Shown: positions 16,101 through 24,387 of the stretch, in pieces | Layout: each line of letters starts with the position of its first letter | How positions within the stretch are numbered: the stretch's first letter is position 1 | NCBI GenBank assembly: GCA_050998615.1 | Contig: JBPCQA010000008.1 | Location: 71,699 to 103,698 of the forward strand | Length of the DNA: 32,000 nt | DNA from: Nocardioidaceae bacterium | GTDB taxonomy: Bacteria > Actinomycetota > Actinomycetes > Propionibacteriales > Nocardioidaceae | Direction: 5' to 3' | Translations under genes and position numbers: made by a program | Notes under the pieces: generated by a model | Databases searched by the model: none | Seen by the model: only the letters and a program-made list of their open reading frames with translations | What the model was told of the DNA's origin: nothing

Positions 16101-16589
16101 TTACCCAGTCTTGCGAACCTCATTCGTGTCGGACAGTTTGTGCGAATCGCCGCCGGACAGCTCGACTATGAACTCGGTGGACAGACGTTCGAGCAGAAAC
16201 TCGGAGATGTCGAGCTGCGCGGCCACCCGCTCCAGCTCGGCCAGATGCGCGGTAGCCAACTCCTCTACCACCTCGCGGCCCTTGGCGGTGAGCTGCACTC
16301 GCACGATGCGCTGGTCGTCTTCGTCGGGCTCACGCACCACCATCCCCAGGTGGCCGATCCGGCTGGTCAGCTCAACGGCGCTGTGGTGCCGGATCAGCAG
16401 GTAGTCGGCAAGCTCACCGATGCTTGGTGGCTTGTCGCCAGGATGGGCGCGCACGGCGAGCAGCAGCTGGTGCTGTTGGGGGGTGAGCCCAAGCGACTTC
16501 GCCTGCTCTGCGCTCCAGTTCAGGTATTGGCGCAGCGCGCATCGGAAAACCAGCAGCACGCGGTACTGCTCGTCGCTCAAGTTCGCCAT
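16101..16589 (-). CDS. MarR-family transcriptional regulator
   Basis: Winged-helix pattern LTPQQHQLLLAVRAHPGDKPPSIGELADYLLIRHHSAVELTSRIGHLGMVVREPDEDDQRIVRVQLTAKG. Start set at MANLSDEQ (ATG 16589). Ends 74 nt upstream of dxs on the same strand. Confidence 0.85.
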   Translation of the reverse strand: MANLSDEQYRVLLVFRCALRQYLNWSAEQAKSLGLTPQQHQLLLAVRAHPGDKPPSIGELADYLLIRHHSAVELTSRIGHLGMVVREPDEDDQRIVRVQLTAKGREVVEELATAHLAELERVAAQLDISEFLLERLSTEFIVELSGGDSHKLSDTNEVRKTG

Positions 16590-16654
16590 GGCCTCAGGTG
16601 GCTGCCCGGGGGTTGGTTGGCGACGATCCGGAGCGGCCCAGACATAGGATATAG

Positions 16655-16728
16655 GAAGGCCTTCAAGCAAGGACACTGCGCGCTCGCTGCTCAACCAGCG
16701 GGGAAGTCTCGCGGAGCAGCAGAGACTT
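16655..16728. promoter_or_regulatory. candidate operator sites in the marR / ABC divergent region
   Basis: 10-bp palindrome GAAGGCCTTC (16655-16664), flanked by the direct repeat ATAGGA-TATAGGA, and an inverted repeat AAGTCTC-N11-GAGACTT (16704-16728). No consensus is known to me. Confidence 0.25.
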
Positions 16729-16746
16729 TGGTAAGTTCTTGCGATT

Positions 16747-17556
16747 GTGCGCGCGTCGGCAAGAGTGTGGTGGCAGCTGGCGCTAGGCGGCTTTCGAGCT
16801 CAGTCCCACTATCGGCTGGCGATGCTTGCTGGGTTGTGCACGAACGTGGTCTTCGGCTTCATCCGCGCCGCGATCTTGTTCGCCGCTGTTGACAGCGCGG
16901 GAGGGACACTGGCCGGGTATGACCGCGGCACGATCAGTGCGTACGTGTGGCTATCCCAGGGCCTGCTCGGCGCCGTCGAGCTGGGGATGGCGCCCACCGA
17001 GATAGGTGAACGGATCCGCACCGGCGACATCGCTGTCGACTTCATCCGGCCGGTCGACGTGCAGCTCCGCTATCTGGCGGCGGACCTGGGCAGGGCGGCG
17101 TACACGTTCATCCCACGTGGACTGCCCAGCGTTCTGGTGGGGTCACTGACGGTAGGGCTCGCGTTACCGGTTTCGCCGTGGCCGTATCTGCTCGGGCTGT
17201 TCAGTATCATGCTTGGGGTCACGATCTCGTTCCTGTGCCGGTACGCCGCCAACATCTGCGGCTTCTGGCTCGTCGAAACCCGCGGGATCCGGGCGCTTTA
17301 CACGGTGGCCGCCTCGTTCTTGGCGGGGCTGTACGTCCCGGTGCACCTGTTCCCGTCGTGGCTGGCCGCCATCGCCGCGGCCACGCCGTTCCCCTCGATC
17401 TTGCAGAGCCCGATCGACGTGCTGTCTGGCCGGGTCGTCGGTGTCGATGCACTGCGGGTGGTCGCGGTCCAGTGCCTGTGGGTGGGCGTCAGCTGCCTGA
17501 TCGGGCGGGTGCTGACCAGCGCCGGTCGGCACCGGCTGGAGGTGCAGGGTGGCTGA
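16747..17556 (+). CDS. ABC-2 family transporter permease
   Basis: 269 aa with about six hydrophobic spans. The N-terminus WWQLALGGFRAQSHYRLAMLAGLCTNVVFGFIRAAIL is typical of the ABC2_membrane_6-type permeases. First of three coupled genes. Confidence 0.75.
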   Translation: MRASARVWWQLALGGFRAQSHYRLAMLAGLCTNVVFGFIRAAILFAAVDSAGGTLAGYDRGTISAYVWLSQGLLGAVELGMAPTEIGERIRTGDIAVDFIRPVDVQLRYLAADLGRAAYTFIPRGLPSVLVGSLTVGLALPVSPWPYLLGLFSIMLGVTISFLCRYAANICGFWLVETRGIRALYTVAASFLAGLYVPVHLFPSWLAAIAAATPFPSILQSPIDVLSGRVVGVDALRVVAVQCLWVGVSCLIGRVLTSAGRHRLEVQGG

Positions 17557-18367
17557 TGTAAGCGGCCAGGGCTGGAGTGCGCCGTACCGGGCGGTGATCG
17601 GGAGCCGGATCCGCGCTCAACGTGCCTATCCGACGTCCTTCTTGCTCGATCTTGGCGGTTCGCTGCTCGTCGGCGTCACAGAGTTCGCCGAGGTATGGGT
17701 GATCTTCCACAACATCTCGGTGCTTGGCGGCCTGAACTTCGACGCCGTCTTGTTGCTCTTCGGGCTCAGCAACCTGACGTTCTCAGCGGCCGACCTCGTC
17801 GTCGGCCACATCGACAACCTCCCCACGTTCGTGCGGATGGGGACACTCGACGCGTTCTACCTGCGCCCGCAACCAGTGCTGGCGCAACTGATGACGTGCG
17901 AGCTCTCGCTGCGGCGACTGGCCCGCATCGGGGTAGCGCTGGTCGCGCTTGTCGCCGGGCTCACCCACAACGACATCGCATGGGACCCGGGAATTGCGGC
18001 GATGCTGGTGGTGGCGGTGATCGGTGGGACCGCGATCTTCGCCGGCCTGTTCGTGTGCGCCGCCAGCCTGCAGTTCTTCCTGGTCAACGGCGCGGAGCTC
18101 ACGAACTCGTTCACGTACGGCGGCTCGTACGCGTCTTCCCAGCCGACCTCGATCTTCCCGACCCCGCTGAAGATGCTGTTCGGCTATCTGGTCCCCGTGA
18201 CGTTCACCGGATACCTTCCGACGCTGTGGATTCTCCGATTGCCGGGGCCGGCCGGGCTGCCAACCTGGCTGGGCTGGTTCACGCCGCTCGCCGCGCTGTG
18301 GGTGTGGGCGCTCGCTCTCACCTTGTGGCACTGGGGCAGCCGGCACTATCAAGGCGGTGGTGGATGA
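17549..18367 (+). CDS. ABC-2 family transporter permease (second subunit)
   Basis: 272 aa polytopic protein. GTG start overlaps the upstream stop by 8 nt. The stop forms an ATGA overlap with the ATPase start. Confidence 0.75.
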   Translation: MADVSGQGWSAPYRAVIGSRIRAQRAYPTSFLLDLGGSLLVGVTEFAEVWVIFHNISVLGGLNFDAVLLLFGLSNLTFSAADLVVGHIDNLPTFVRMGTLDAFYLRPQPVLAQLMTCELSLRRLARIGVALVALVAGLTHNDIAWDPGIAAMLVVAVIGGTAIFAGLFVCAASLQFFLVNGAELTNSFTYGGSYASSQPTSIFPTPLKMLFGYLVPVTFTGYLPTLWILRLPGPAGLPTWLGWFTPLAALWVWALALTLWHWGSRHYQGGGG

Positions 18368-19398
18368 GCCGGGGCACCGTCGACCAGTCGATCGTCGACG
18401 AGTCGATCGTCCATGTGCGTGACCTGACCCGCACGTTCGCGATCCGACGCAAGAAGGGAGTCGGGTCGCAACAGCGCACGAGCCGGCTGCCGCGCCGGGC
18501 CCGCTCGGTGCTGACCGCCGTGGACAACATGACGTTCACGATCGAGGCCGGTGAATCAGTCGGCTACATCGGCGCCAACGGGGCGGGCAAGTCGACCACG
18601 ATCAAAATGCTCACCGGCATCCTGGTGCCGTCGGCCGGCACGGTGCGCACCTGCGGACTCGACCCGCTGCGTCAGCGTGGCCGGCTGGCACGACGGATCG
18701 GGGTGGTGTTCGGGCAGCGTTCGCAGCTGTGGTGGGACCTGCCGCTGCGAGAGTCGTTCGCGATCTTGGCGGCAATCCATCGACTTGACCCTGATCAGGC
18801 TCGTGACCGCACCCACGCGCTGGTCGAGCAATTGGAGATGGCCGACACTCTGGACACCGCGGTGCGTCAGCTGTCGCTGGGTCAGCGGATGCGGGGTGAG
18901 ATCGCTGCGGCGTTGTTGCACTCGCCCCAACTCCTCATCCTCGACGAGCCGACGATCGGGCTTGACGTGTTGAGCAAGCAACGGCTCCGGGAGTTTCTCA
19001 AGTCCGAACGAGAGTCCCGCGGCACCACGTTGCTGCTCACCACCCATGACATGGGAGACATCGAACGGCTATGTGAGCGAGTGCTTGTGGTGGACCATGG
19101 CAAACTCGCGTACGACGGGTCGCTGCGGGGGCTGGCGGGGACGGTGGGTGCCCGACGGGTTCTCGTCGTCGACCTCGCCGAGCCGACTCGCGACCTCACC
19201 GACATTCCGGGTGCAACTCACCTTGCCAGCGACGGCGGTGGGCTGCGTCAGCGGCTCGCGTTCGACGCCGCGCGGACGACCGCGGCAACTGTGCTCGCAG
19301 CGGTGTCGGAGGCTGCGACCGTGCTCGACCTGGCAATCGAAGAGCCGGACATCGAAGACGTCGTCCGCCGGATCTATTTGGAGAGCCAGCGCGGCTAG
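18364..19398 (+). CDS. ABC transporter ATP-binding protein
   Basis: Walker A GANGAGKSTTIKML, signature LSLGQRMR, Walker B LLILDEPTIGLD and H-loop TTHDM. The start is set at the ATGA overlap; the 567-aa track ORF is over-extended. Confidence 0.9.
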   Translation: MSRGTVDQSIVDESIVHVRDLTRTFAIRRKKGVGSQQRTSRLPRRARSVLTAVDNMTFTIEAGESVGYIGANGAGKSTTIKMLTGILVPSAGTVRTCGLDPLRQRGRLARRIGVVFGQRSQLWWDLPLRESFAILAAIHRLDPDQARDRTHALVEQLEMADTLDTAVRQLSLGQRMRGEIAAALLHSPQLLILDEPTIGLDVLSKQRLREFLKSERESRGTTLLLTTHDMGDIERLCERVLVVDHGKLAYDGSLRGLAGTVGARRVLVVDLAEPTRDLTDIPGATHLASDGGGLRQRLAFDAARTTAATVLAAVSEAATVLDLAIEEPDIEDVVRRIYLESQRG

Positions 19399-19456
19399 GG
19401 AGTCACCGGGCTCGCGGCCCATCGCATCCCGGCTGACTGCGCGGATAGGGAGGCGG

Positions 19457-21649
19457 TCAAGTTGTCGCGAGCTGGTGGGCGCGGGCTAGCACGTTGTGGG
19501 CCCGCTGCTCGAGCAGCGACAGCTCGCCTCCGCGGGGCGGCTGGTGTCCGAACTCGGCCTGGTTTAGCACGCGCTTGATCACCCCGGCAACCAGATCGCG
19601 GGCTCGCCCGAGCTGGGCGAGCTGTCGGGTACGGGTCGTGTACGCAGAGTCGTTGGTGGCCGAGCCGGTCGCTGCCGCGTTGGTGGCGGCACGCAGCGTG
19701 TCGATGCCAAAGGCGCCGACGCAGGCGTTGAGCTGCTTGTAGGTCTGCGCCAACGCCAGCACCGCGGCGCCTCTTGCCGCGGGCGGCGTCGCCGCGGGGG
19801 TGAGATCCTCCAACAGCACACGTCCGTCGCTGAGGTAGTCATCGTTAAGACCGAGCAATGAAAGCATCGTCGGCCGGATGTCGGTCTGGTCCGACCACGT
19901 CGAGTTGTCCAGACCCTGCACCTTGATCCCCGGACCCGCCAGCCCCAGCCATGTCACGTTGACGTCCGGCGCTACGGTGCCGTGGTTCCAGGCGTACGCC
20001 GGGTTGATCTGCACGTACGGCGCGCTGGGACAGCCGTAGCCGGTCTGGCACTCGTAGTAGTCGGGGCGCCCGAATGCCAAGAAGGTCGGCGTGCGTTGCG
20101 GGTCGGCCGTCACCATGTGGAGCAGTTTCAGCTCGGTGCGGTCGGCGAGGTAGCGGTTTACGTGCTCACGTTGGTTGGTGTACGGGTTGGTCGCGGTCAC
20201 CGCCAGGGTGTCGCGTTCGAGCTGTCGGGTAGCCGGAGCGCTGGCGGACGGGTTGCCATGCAGGTAGAACGCGGGGGCGACACCGGCGTACAAGTCGAAT
20301 GGGGTGGTGTTGCCTCGCTGGCTTTGCAGCAGTCCTTGCACGTTGGTATTGATCTCGCCGATCTGTCCCGGCCCGTATTTGCAGGGGACATGGACCCCGT
20401 CGCAGCCCGACTTGGTGACGCCGATGAAGTGGTCTCCCTCGTCGGCGGTGACCACGAACTGGGTGTTGGCGGTGGTGATGCCGTCATGGCGCAGCCGGGT
20501 GAAGAATGCCGCGAACGCGGCGTCGTAAGACCGCAGCTGGCGCTCCATGCCGGCCGCGCCTGGGCCGTAGGAGCCGTTGTGCGACTGGCCCATGTGCGGG
20601 TCGTGCACGTCGGACAGGTAGGCGTAGGTGACCGGGACACCGGCTTCCTGCATGGCTGCGACATAGCCGAGCGTGTTCGCCGCGGTCATCCCGTCGAAGC
20701 CGGGAAAGCCTGGCTTGGGCCCTCCGTTTGGCCCCTTGGCGTAGGGGTTAGTGATCGTCTTACCGAAGATGTCCTTGACCTTGACCGAGTGGTCGGCTGT
20801 CAGGTGGGGACCGATGTACTTGTTGCCGACGAGCATCTTCTGCCCGACGTAACCACCGGGCTCGTCCGGCAGCCGATCGGCGACCGCGTGTGGACCTGAG
20901 CAGAGGCTGCTGCCCTTGGCGCAGTGGATCGCGAGGCCGCCATAGTCGGCAACCTCTGCGTCCTTGTAGGGATCGGGGTCGTTGCGGACCTGCCTCGCCT
21001 CTGGTGAGTGCGGTCCGAAGATCTTCGGCACATCGGCAGAGGGGTTCTCCACGATGGCGTTGCTGGAGGCGATGGCGCCGAAGTCACAGCCGGCCCGGGT
21101 GAAAGGCACCCAGGGCGCGGGAGTGTTCTTGCCCCCACGGGTGACCAGGCTGTACGACGTGTCGGTCGGCGTGGCGGTGCCGTCGTACACCTTGTCGGTC
21201 CAGTAAGTGAACGTGTTTGCCTGGGAGCTCGTGCCGTCGGGGTGGAAGTAGCGGTAGCTGTTGCTGATCGGCTGGCCGTGCCGGTCGCCGTACAGTCCGG
21301 TGGCGGCGCTGAGCAGGTCGGTGCCGGTGTGCGACATCAACGGCGTGTGATGGTGGGAGATCAGGCTGCCGTTGCTTTCCAAGAAGTTCAGCAGGTGCGG
21401 CATCTGCTGCAGGTCTGACGGCACGTTCGGGTTGTCTCGGGTCAGGTGCACATTGTCGAACGTCAGGTAGATCACGTGCTTGGTCTGCCCGTTCGGTCCG
21501 AGCACGCAGCCACTACCTTGATGCTGCGCCGAAACGTCCGGCGGCTGCGATCGTGGCGACGATGCCACGGCGCCCAGGGGAGCGAGCAGGGCGGTAGTCA
21601 GTGTGACAATGCCGGCCACCGTCGACCACATAGCTCGTCTACTGACCAT
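19457..21649 (-). CDS. exported alkaline-phosphatase-superfamily protein (type I phosphodiesterase/nucleotide pyrophosphatase-like)
   Basis: Start at MVSRRAMWSTVAGIVTLTTALLAPLGAVA (SRRxMW, Tat-like). HVIYLTFDNVHL...MPHLLNFLESNGSLISHHHTPLMSHTGTDLLSAATGLYGDRHG follows the metal-site/nucleophile-Thr pattern of that superfamily. The large C-terminal part is unassigned. Confidence 0.65.
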   Translation of the reverse strand: MVSRRAMWSTVAGIVTLTTALLAPLGAVASSPRSQPPDVSAQHQGSGCVLGPNGQTKHVIYLTFDNVHLTRDNPNVPSDLQQMPHLLNFLESNGSLISHHHTPLMSHTGTDLLSAATGLYGDRHGQPISNSYRYFHPDGTSSQANTFTYWTDKVYDGTATPTDTSYSLVTRGGKNTPAPWVPFTRAGCDFGAIASSNAIVENPSADVPKIFGPHSPEARQVRNDPDPYKDAEVADYGGLAIHCAKGSSLCSGPHAVADRLPDEPGGYVGQKMLVGNKYIGPHLTADHSVKVKDIFGKTITNPYAKGPNGGPKPGFPGFDGMTAANTLGYVAAMQEAGVPVTYAYLSDVHDPHMGQSHNGSYGPGAAGMERQLRSYDAAFAAFFTRLRHDGITTANTQFVVTADEGDHFIGVTKSGCDGVHVPCKYGPGQIGEINTNVQGLLQSQRGNTTPFDLYAGVAPAFYLHGNPSASAPATRQLERDTLAVTATNPYTNQREHVNRYLADRTELKLLHMVTADPQRTPTFLAFGRPDYYECQTGYGCPSAPYVQINPAYAWNHGTVAPDVNVTWLGLAGPGIKVQGLDNSTWSDQTDIRPTMLSLLGLNDDYLSDGRVLLEDLTPAATPPAARGAAVLALAQTYKQLNACVGAFGIDTLRAATNAAATGSATNDSAYTTRTRQLAQLGRARDLVAGVIKRVLNQAEFGHQPPRGGELSLLEQRAHNVLARAHQLATT

Positions 21650-21843
21650 GCGTTCGCCGGTGGGACGGTGCGGCGCGAATGCTGTCACGTTTGCCTCCAG
21701 ATGCCGAGAAACCCAACTGAGCCTATGGCTGCGGCACGGGTGTCCGCAAGAGTGTCCGGGGTGTGTCAATTCCGAACTCCCGACGGCTTGCTTCATCTTG
21801 GCCGTAGGCTCGAAACCTGTCGACGACGTGGAGGGCGCCCCCG

Positions 21844-22701
21844 ATGAAGTTCCTGATCGTGCTGATCGTGCTGGCAGTCGTGATAGCTGTCGTTTGGTAT
21901 CGCAAGCAACAACAGCGTCAGCGGGAGGTGGAGGACAACCGAGTGCACGATGTCGAGGTGGGCCGCAAGGCCGTCGACGAGGACGTCACGCGGTTCGGTG
22001 AGGAGTTGCAGCGTCTCGACGTCGCCGGTCACGGGCTGGACGAGGCAGCGCGGCAGGACTATCAGCGTGCGTTGGACTGTTATGACCAGGCCAAGGAGTC
22101 GCTCTCGGCGGTCAGGGTGGCCGACGAGATTCGCAACGTGACCCAGGTGCTGGAGGACGGCCGTTATGCGATCGCCTGCGTCAAGGCGCGGCTGTCCGGC
22201 TCACCGCTTCCGCAGCGCAGGGCGCCATGCTTTTTCAATCCCGCCCACGGTCCGTCCGCCCGTGACATGCCCTGGGCGCCGCCCGGTGGTCAGCAGCGGG
22301 AGATCCCGGTCTGCCCTGCTGACGCCGAGCGGCTTGAGCAAGGCGCCGAGCCCGACATTCGCACGGTGATGAACGGTCCTCGTCGAGTGCCTTACTGGCA
22401 AGGCGGTCCTGCCTATGGTCCGTACGCCCAGGGTTATTTCGGCTCCTATGCGATGGGTGGGCTGTTGCCCGGCCTGCTGATCGGGTCGGCGCTGTCTGGT
22501 GGTTGGGGTGGTGACTTCGGCTTCGACGGCGGCTGGGACGGCAACGGTGGAGACGGGGGTTACGACGGCGCCGACGGGGGAGGGTACGACGGTTCGGATG
22601 CCGGCGGTTCTGATGGCGGGTATGACGGTGGCGCGGGGTTCGACGGTGCCAGCGGCGGCTTCGACGGTGGAGGCTTCGACGGCGGCGGTTTCGACTTCTA
22701 G
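21844..22701 (+). CDS. membrane-anchored protein with CFFNPAHGP motif and Gly/Asp-rich C-terminal tail
   Basis: N-terminal TM MKFLIVLIVLAVVIAVVWY, a helical charged region, then PCFFNPAHGPS...VCPADAERL. The last 67 aa are G/D/Y/F repeats. SD GGAGG upstream. Confidence 0.7.
   Translation: MKFLIVLIVLAVVIAVVWYRKQQQRQREVEDNRVHDVEVGRKAVDEDVTRFGEELQRLDVAGHGLDEAARQDYQRALDCYDQAKESLSAVRVADEIRNVTQVLEDGRYAIACVKARLSGSPLPQRRAPCFFNPAHGPSARDMPWAPPGGQQREIPVCPADAERLEQGAEPDIRTVMNGPRRVPYWQGGPAYGPYAQGYFGSYAMGGLLPGLLIGSALSGGWGGDFGFDGGWDGNGGDGGYDGADGGGYDGSDAGGSDGGYDGGAGFDGASGGFDGGGFDGGGFDF
22498..22698 (+). repeat. coding low-complexity repeat (GGYDG/GGFDG units)
   Basis: GGWGGDFGFDGGWDGNGGDGGYDGADGGGYDGSDAGGSDGGYDGGAGFDGASGGFDGGGFDGGGFDF. 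Confidence 0.8.
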
Positions 22702-22822
22702 TGGCCTCGGAGATGATCGATCAGGACCGACAGGTTTCATCAAGGGCACGGCGTTCTTCGGGTGTCAGCGAAATCTGAGTCCGCAACATGACGTAAGACC
22801 ACATCATCTCGAAAGACATCCC

Positions 22823-23758
22823 TTAGGTTCGGGGCAGCGGCTCCGTCGGGTGTGCGCTGGTTGGGTCGAGGAAGACGTGGCGCACCTCGGGGAAACGCTC
22901 ACGCACTCGCGAGTCAACGTCGTCGGCGAACCTCTCCAGATCGTCGCCGGACGCAGCGTCGTCCATGTCGACGCGAACTGCGATCAGCACCTCGTCCGGA
23001 GCCAGCCGCATCGTCAACAACTCGATGACCTGGTTCACGCCGGGGGCGGCGGTGATCTCGCTCCGGACGCCCTCCTGCGTGTCGCGGTCAAGCGCCTGAC
23101 CGATCAGCATCGCCTTGTTCTCACGGCCCAGCACATAGGCGACGCCGATCAGCAAGACTCCGATGGCCACCGACGCCGCACCGTCCCAAAACCCCTGCTC
23201 GGTGAGTGCATGCAAGGTGATTCCCAGCGCCGCCAGCACAAGCCCGATCAGCGCGGCGCTGTCCTCGAAGGCGACGGTCTTGGCGGTCGGGTCGGTGGTA
23301 CGCCGCAGGTGTTCGAACGTGCCGATGCCCTGCTGCCTGGCCTCGTTCCGCACTTGCAGCATTGCCTTGGTCCACGAGACTCCCTCGAAGACGAAAGAAA
23401 CCCCGAGCACGCCGTACGCGATCACTAGCCCGCTCAGTTCTTTGGGTTGCAGAATCGCACTCACACCCTCGAACATCGAAAAGCCCGCTCCGAGCACGAA
23501 AATTCCGACGGCGGCAAGCAGCGACCAGAAGTAGCGCTCCATCCCATACCCGAACGGGTGTTGCGCGTCGGCGGGCTTGCCGCTCCGCTTGATCGCGGTC
23601 AGCAAAAAGACCTGGTTGAGCGTGTCGGCCACCGAGTGCGCGCCCTCTGCCAGCATCGCGGTGGAGCCGGTCAGCAGCCCCCCCAGCACCTTTGCGATGG
23701 CGATCACCAGATTGGCTCCGCCGGCGAGCAAGACGGTGCTGGTGGACTCCTCAGCCAT
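22823..23758 (-). CDS. cation diffusion facilitator (CDF) family metal efflux transporter
   Basis: LVIAIAKVLGGLLTGSTAMLAEGAHSVADTLNQ (HxxxD in TM2), HPFGYGMERYFW, six TM spans and a C-terminal cytoplasmic domain. Confidence 0.9.
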   Translation of the reverse strand: MAEESTSTVLLAGGANLVIAIAKVLGGLLTGSTAMLAEGAHSVADTLNQVFLLTAIKRSGKPADAQHPFGYGMERYFWSLLAAVGIFVLGAGFSMFEGVSAILQPKELSGLVIAYGVLGVSFVFEGVSWTKAMLQVRNEARQQGIGTFEHLRRTTDPTAKTVAFEDSAALIGLVLAALGITLHALTEQGFWDGAASVAIGVLLIGVAYVLGRENKAMLIGQALDRDTQEGVRSEITAAPGVNQVIELLTMRLAPDEVLIAVRVDMDDAASGDDLERFADDVDSRVRERFPEVRHVFLDPTSAHPTEPLPRT

Positions 23759-24191
23759 CGATGCCGGGCTCGTTCACGACGTGTACGGCGGCCTCCTCCG
23801 AACTTGCGGCCGCTCCGTCGATCCCGACCTCGGCACCGATCAGCTCCTGGTCGACGTCCTCGCCGAGCCCCTGATCGGGATCGACGAGCCGACCGGCGCG
23901 CTCATCACCGACCTCGCCGTCGTCGAGGGTTTCGGTTAGCGCGGCGGCGTCGGGATCCGCGTTCGGATCCGGCTCCTCCTGGGCCAGTCGCTGGTCGAGA
24001 GTCTCGCCCTCGGCCTGCTCACGCGCGGTGTTGCCGAACTTCTCAGCGGCCGACCAGTGCTCGGGCGGGGAGTAGCCCTCGTCGAGCACGTCGTCGGTTC
24101 CCCGCTCGACAAGCGTGTCGTCGGACTGCAGCTGATCGAGCTGCTCGGAGGCCTCGAGGTTGTCGTCCAGGTTCTCGGTCATGTCCTCCAC
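23751..24191 (-). CDS. highly acidic DUF5709-like protein
   Basis: 146 aa, D/E-rich. LDEGYSPPEHW...GETLDQRLAQEEPD...RAGRLVDPDQG...IDGAAASSEEAAVHVV matches my recollection of the DUF5709 pattern. 8-nt overlap with the CDF start. Confidence 0.7.
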   Translation of the reverse strand: MEDMTENLDDNLEASEQLDQLQSDDTLVERGTDDVLDEGYSPPEHWSAAEKFGNTAREQAEGETLDQRLAQEEPDPNADPDAAALTETLDDGEVGDERAGRLVDPDQGLGEDVDQELIGAEVGIDGAAASSEEAAVHVVNEPGIDG

Positions 24192-24387
24192 CTTGCCACG
24201 CCTCCCCGCCCTGCCGCCGAGATCAGGCGCTCAACCGGTCCTGGCGAGCTCACGGTCCGATCCTTTCGCACGGCGGCGCCAAGATCAGACGTTGCGGCTG
24301 TTGGGACGAGCCTGTTGGGACGAGCTCAGCGCCGGAAGCTCGCGCTGGTGCCGGGGTGCGTCGCAAGCCGCGCAGGCCAGACGATCC

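Noticed and set aside
17695-18363. N-terminal 223 codons of the 567-aa ORF 17695..19398
   Set aside because: This part overlaps the second ABC-2 permease out of frame and is Arg/Pro-rich. The ATPase domain begins at ATG 18364, which forms an ATGA overlap with the permease stop.
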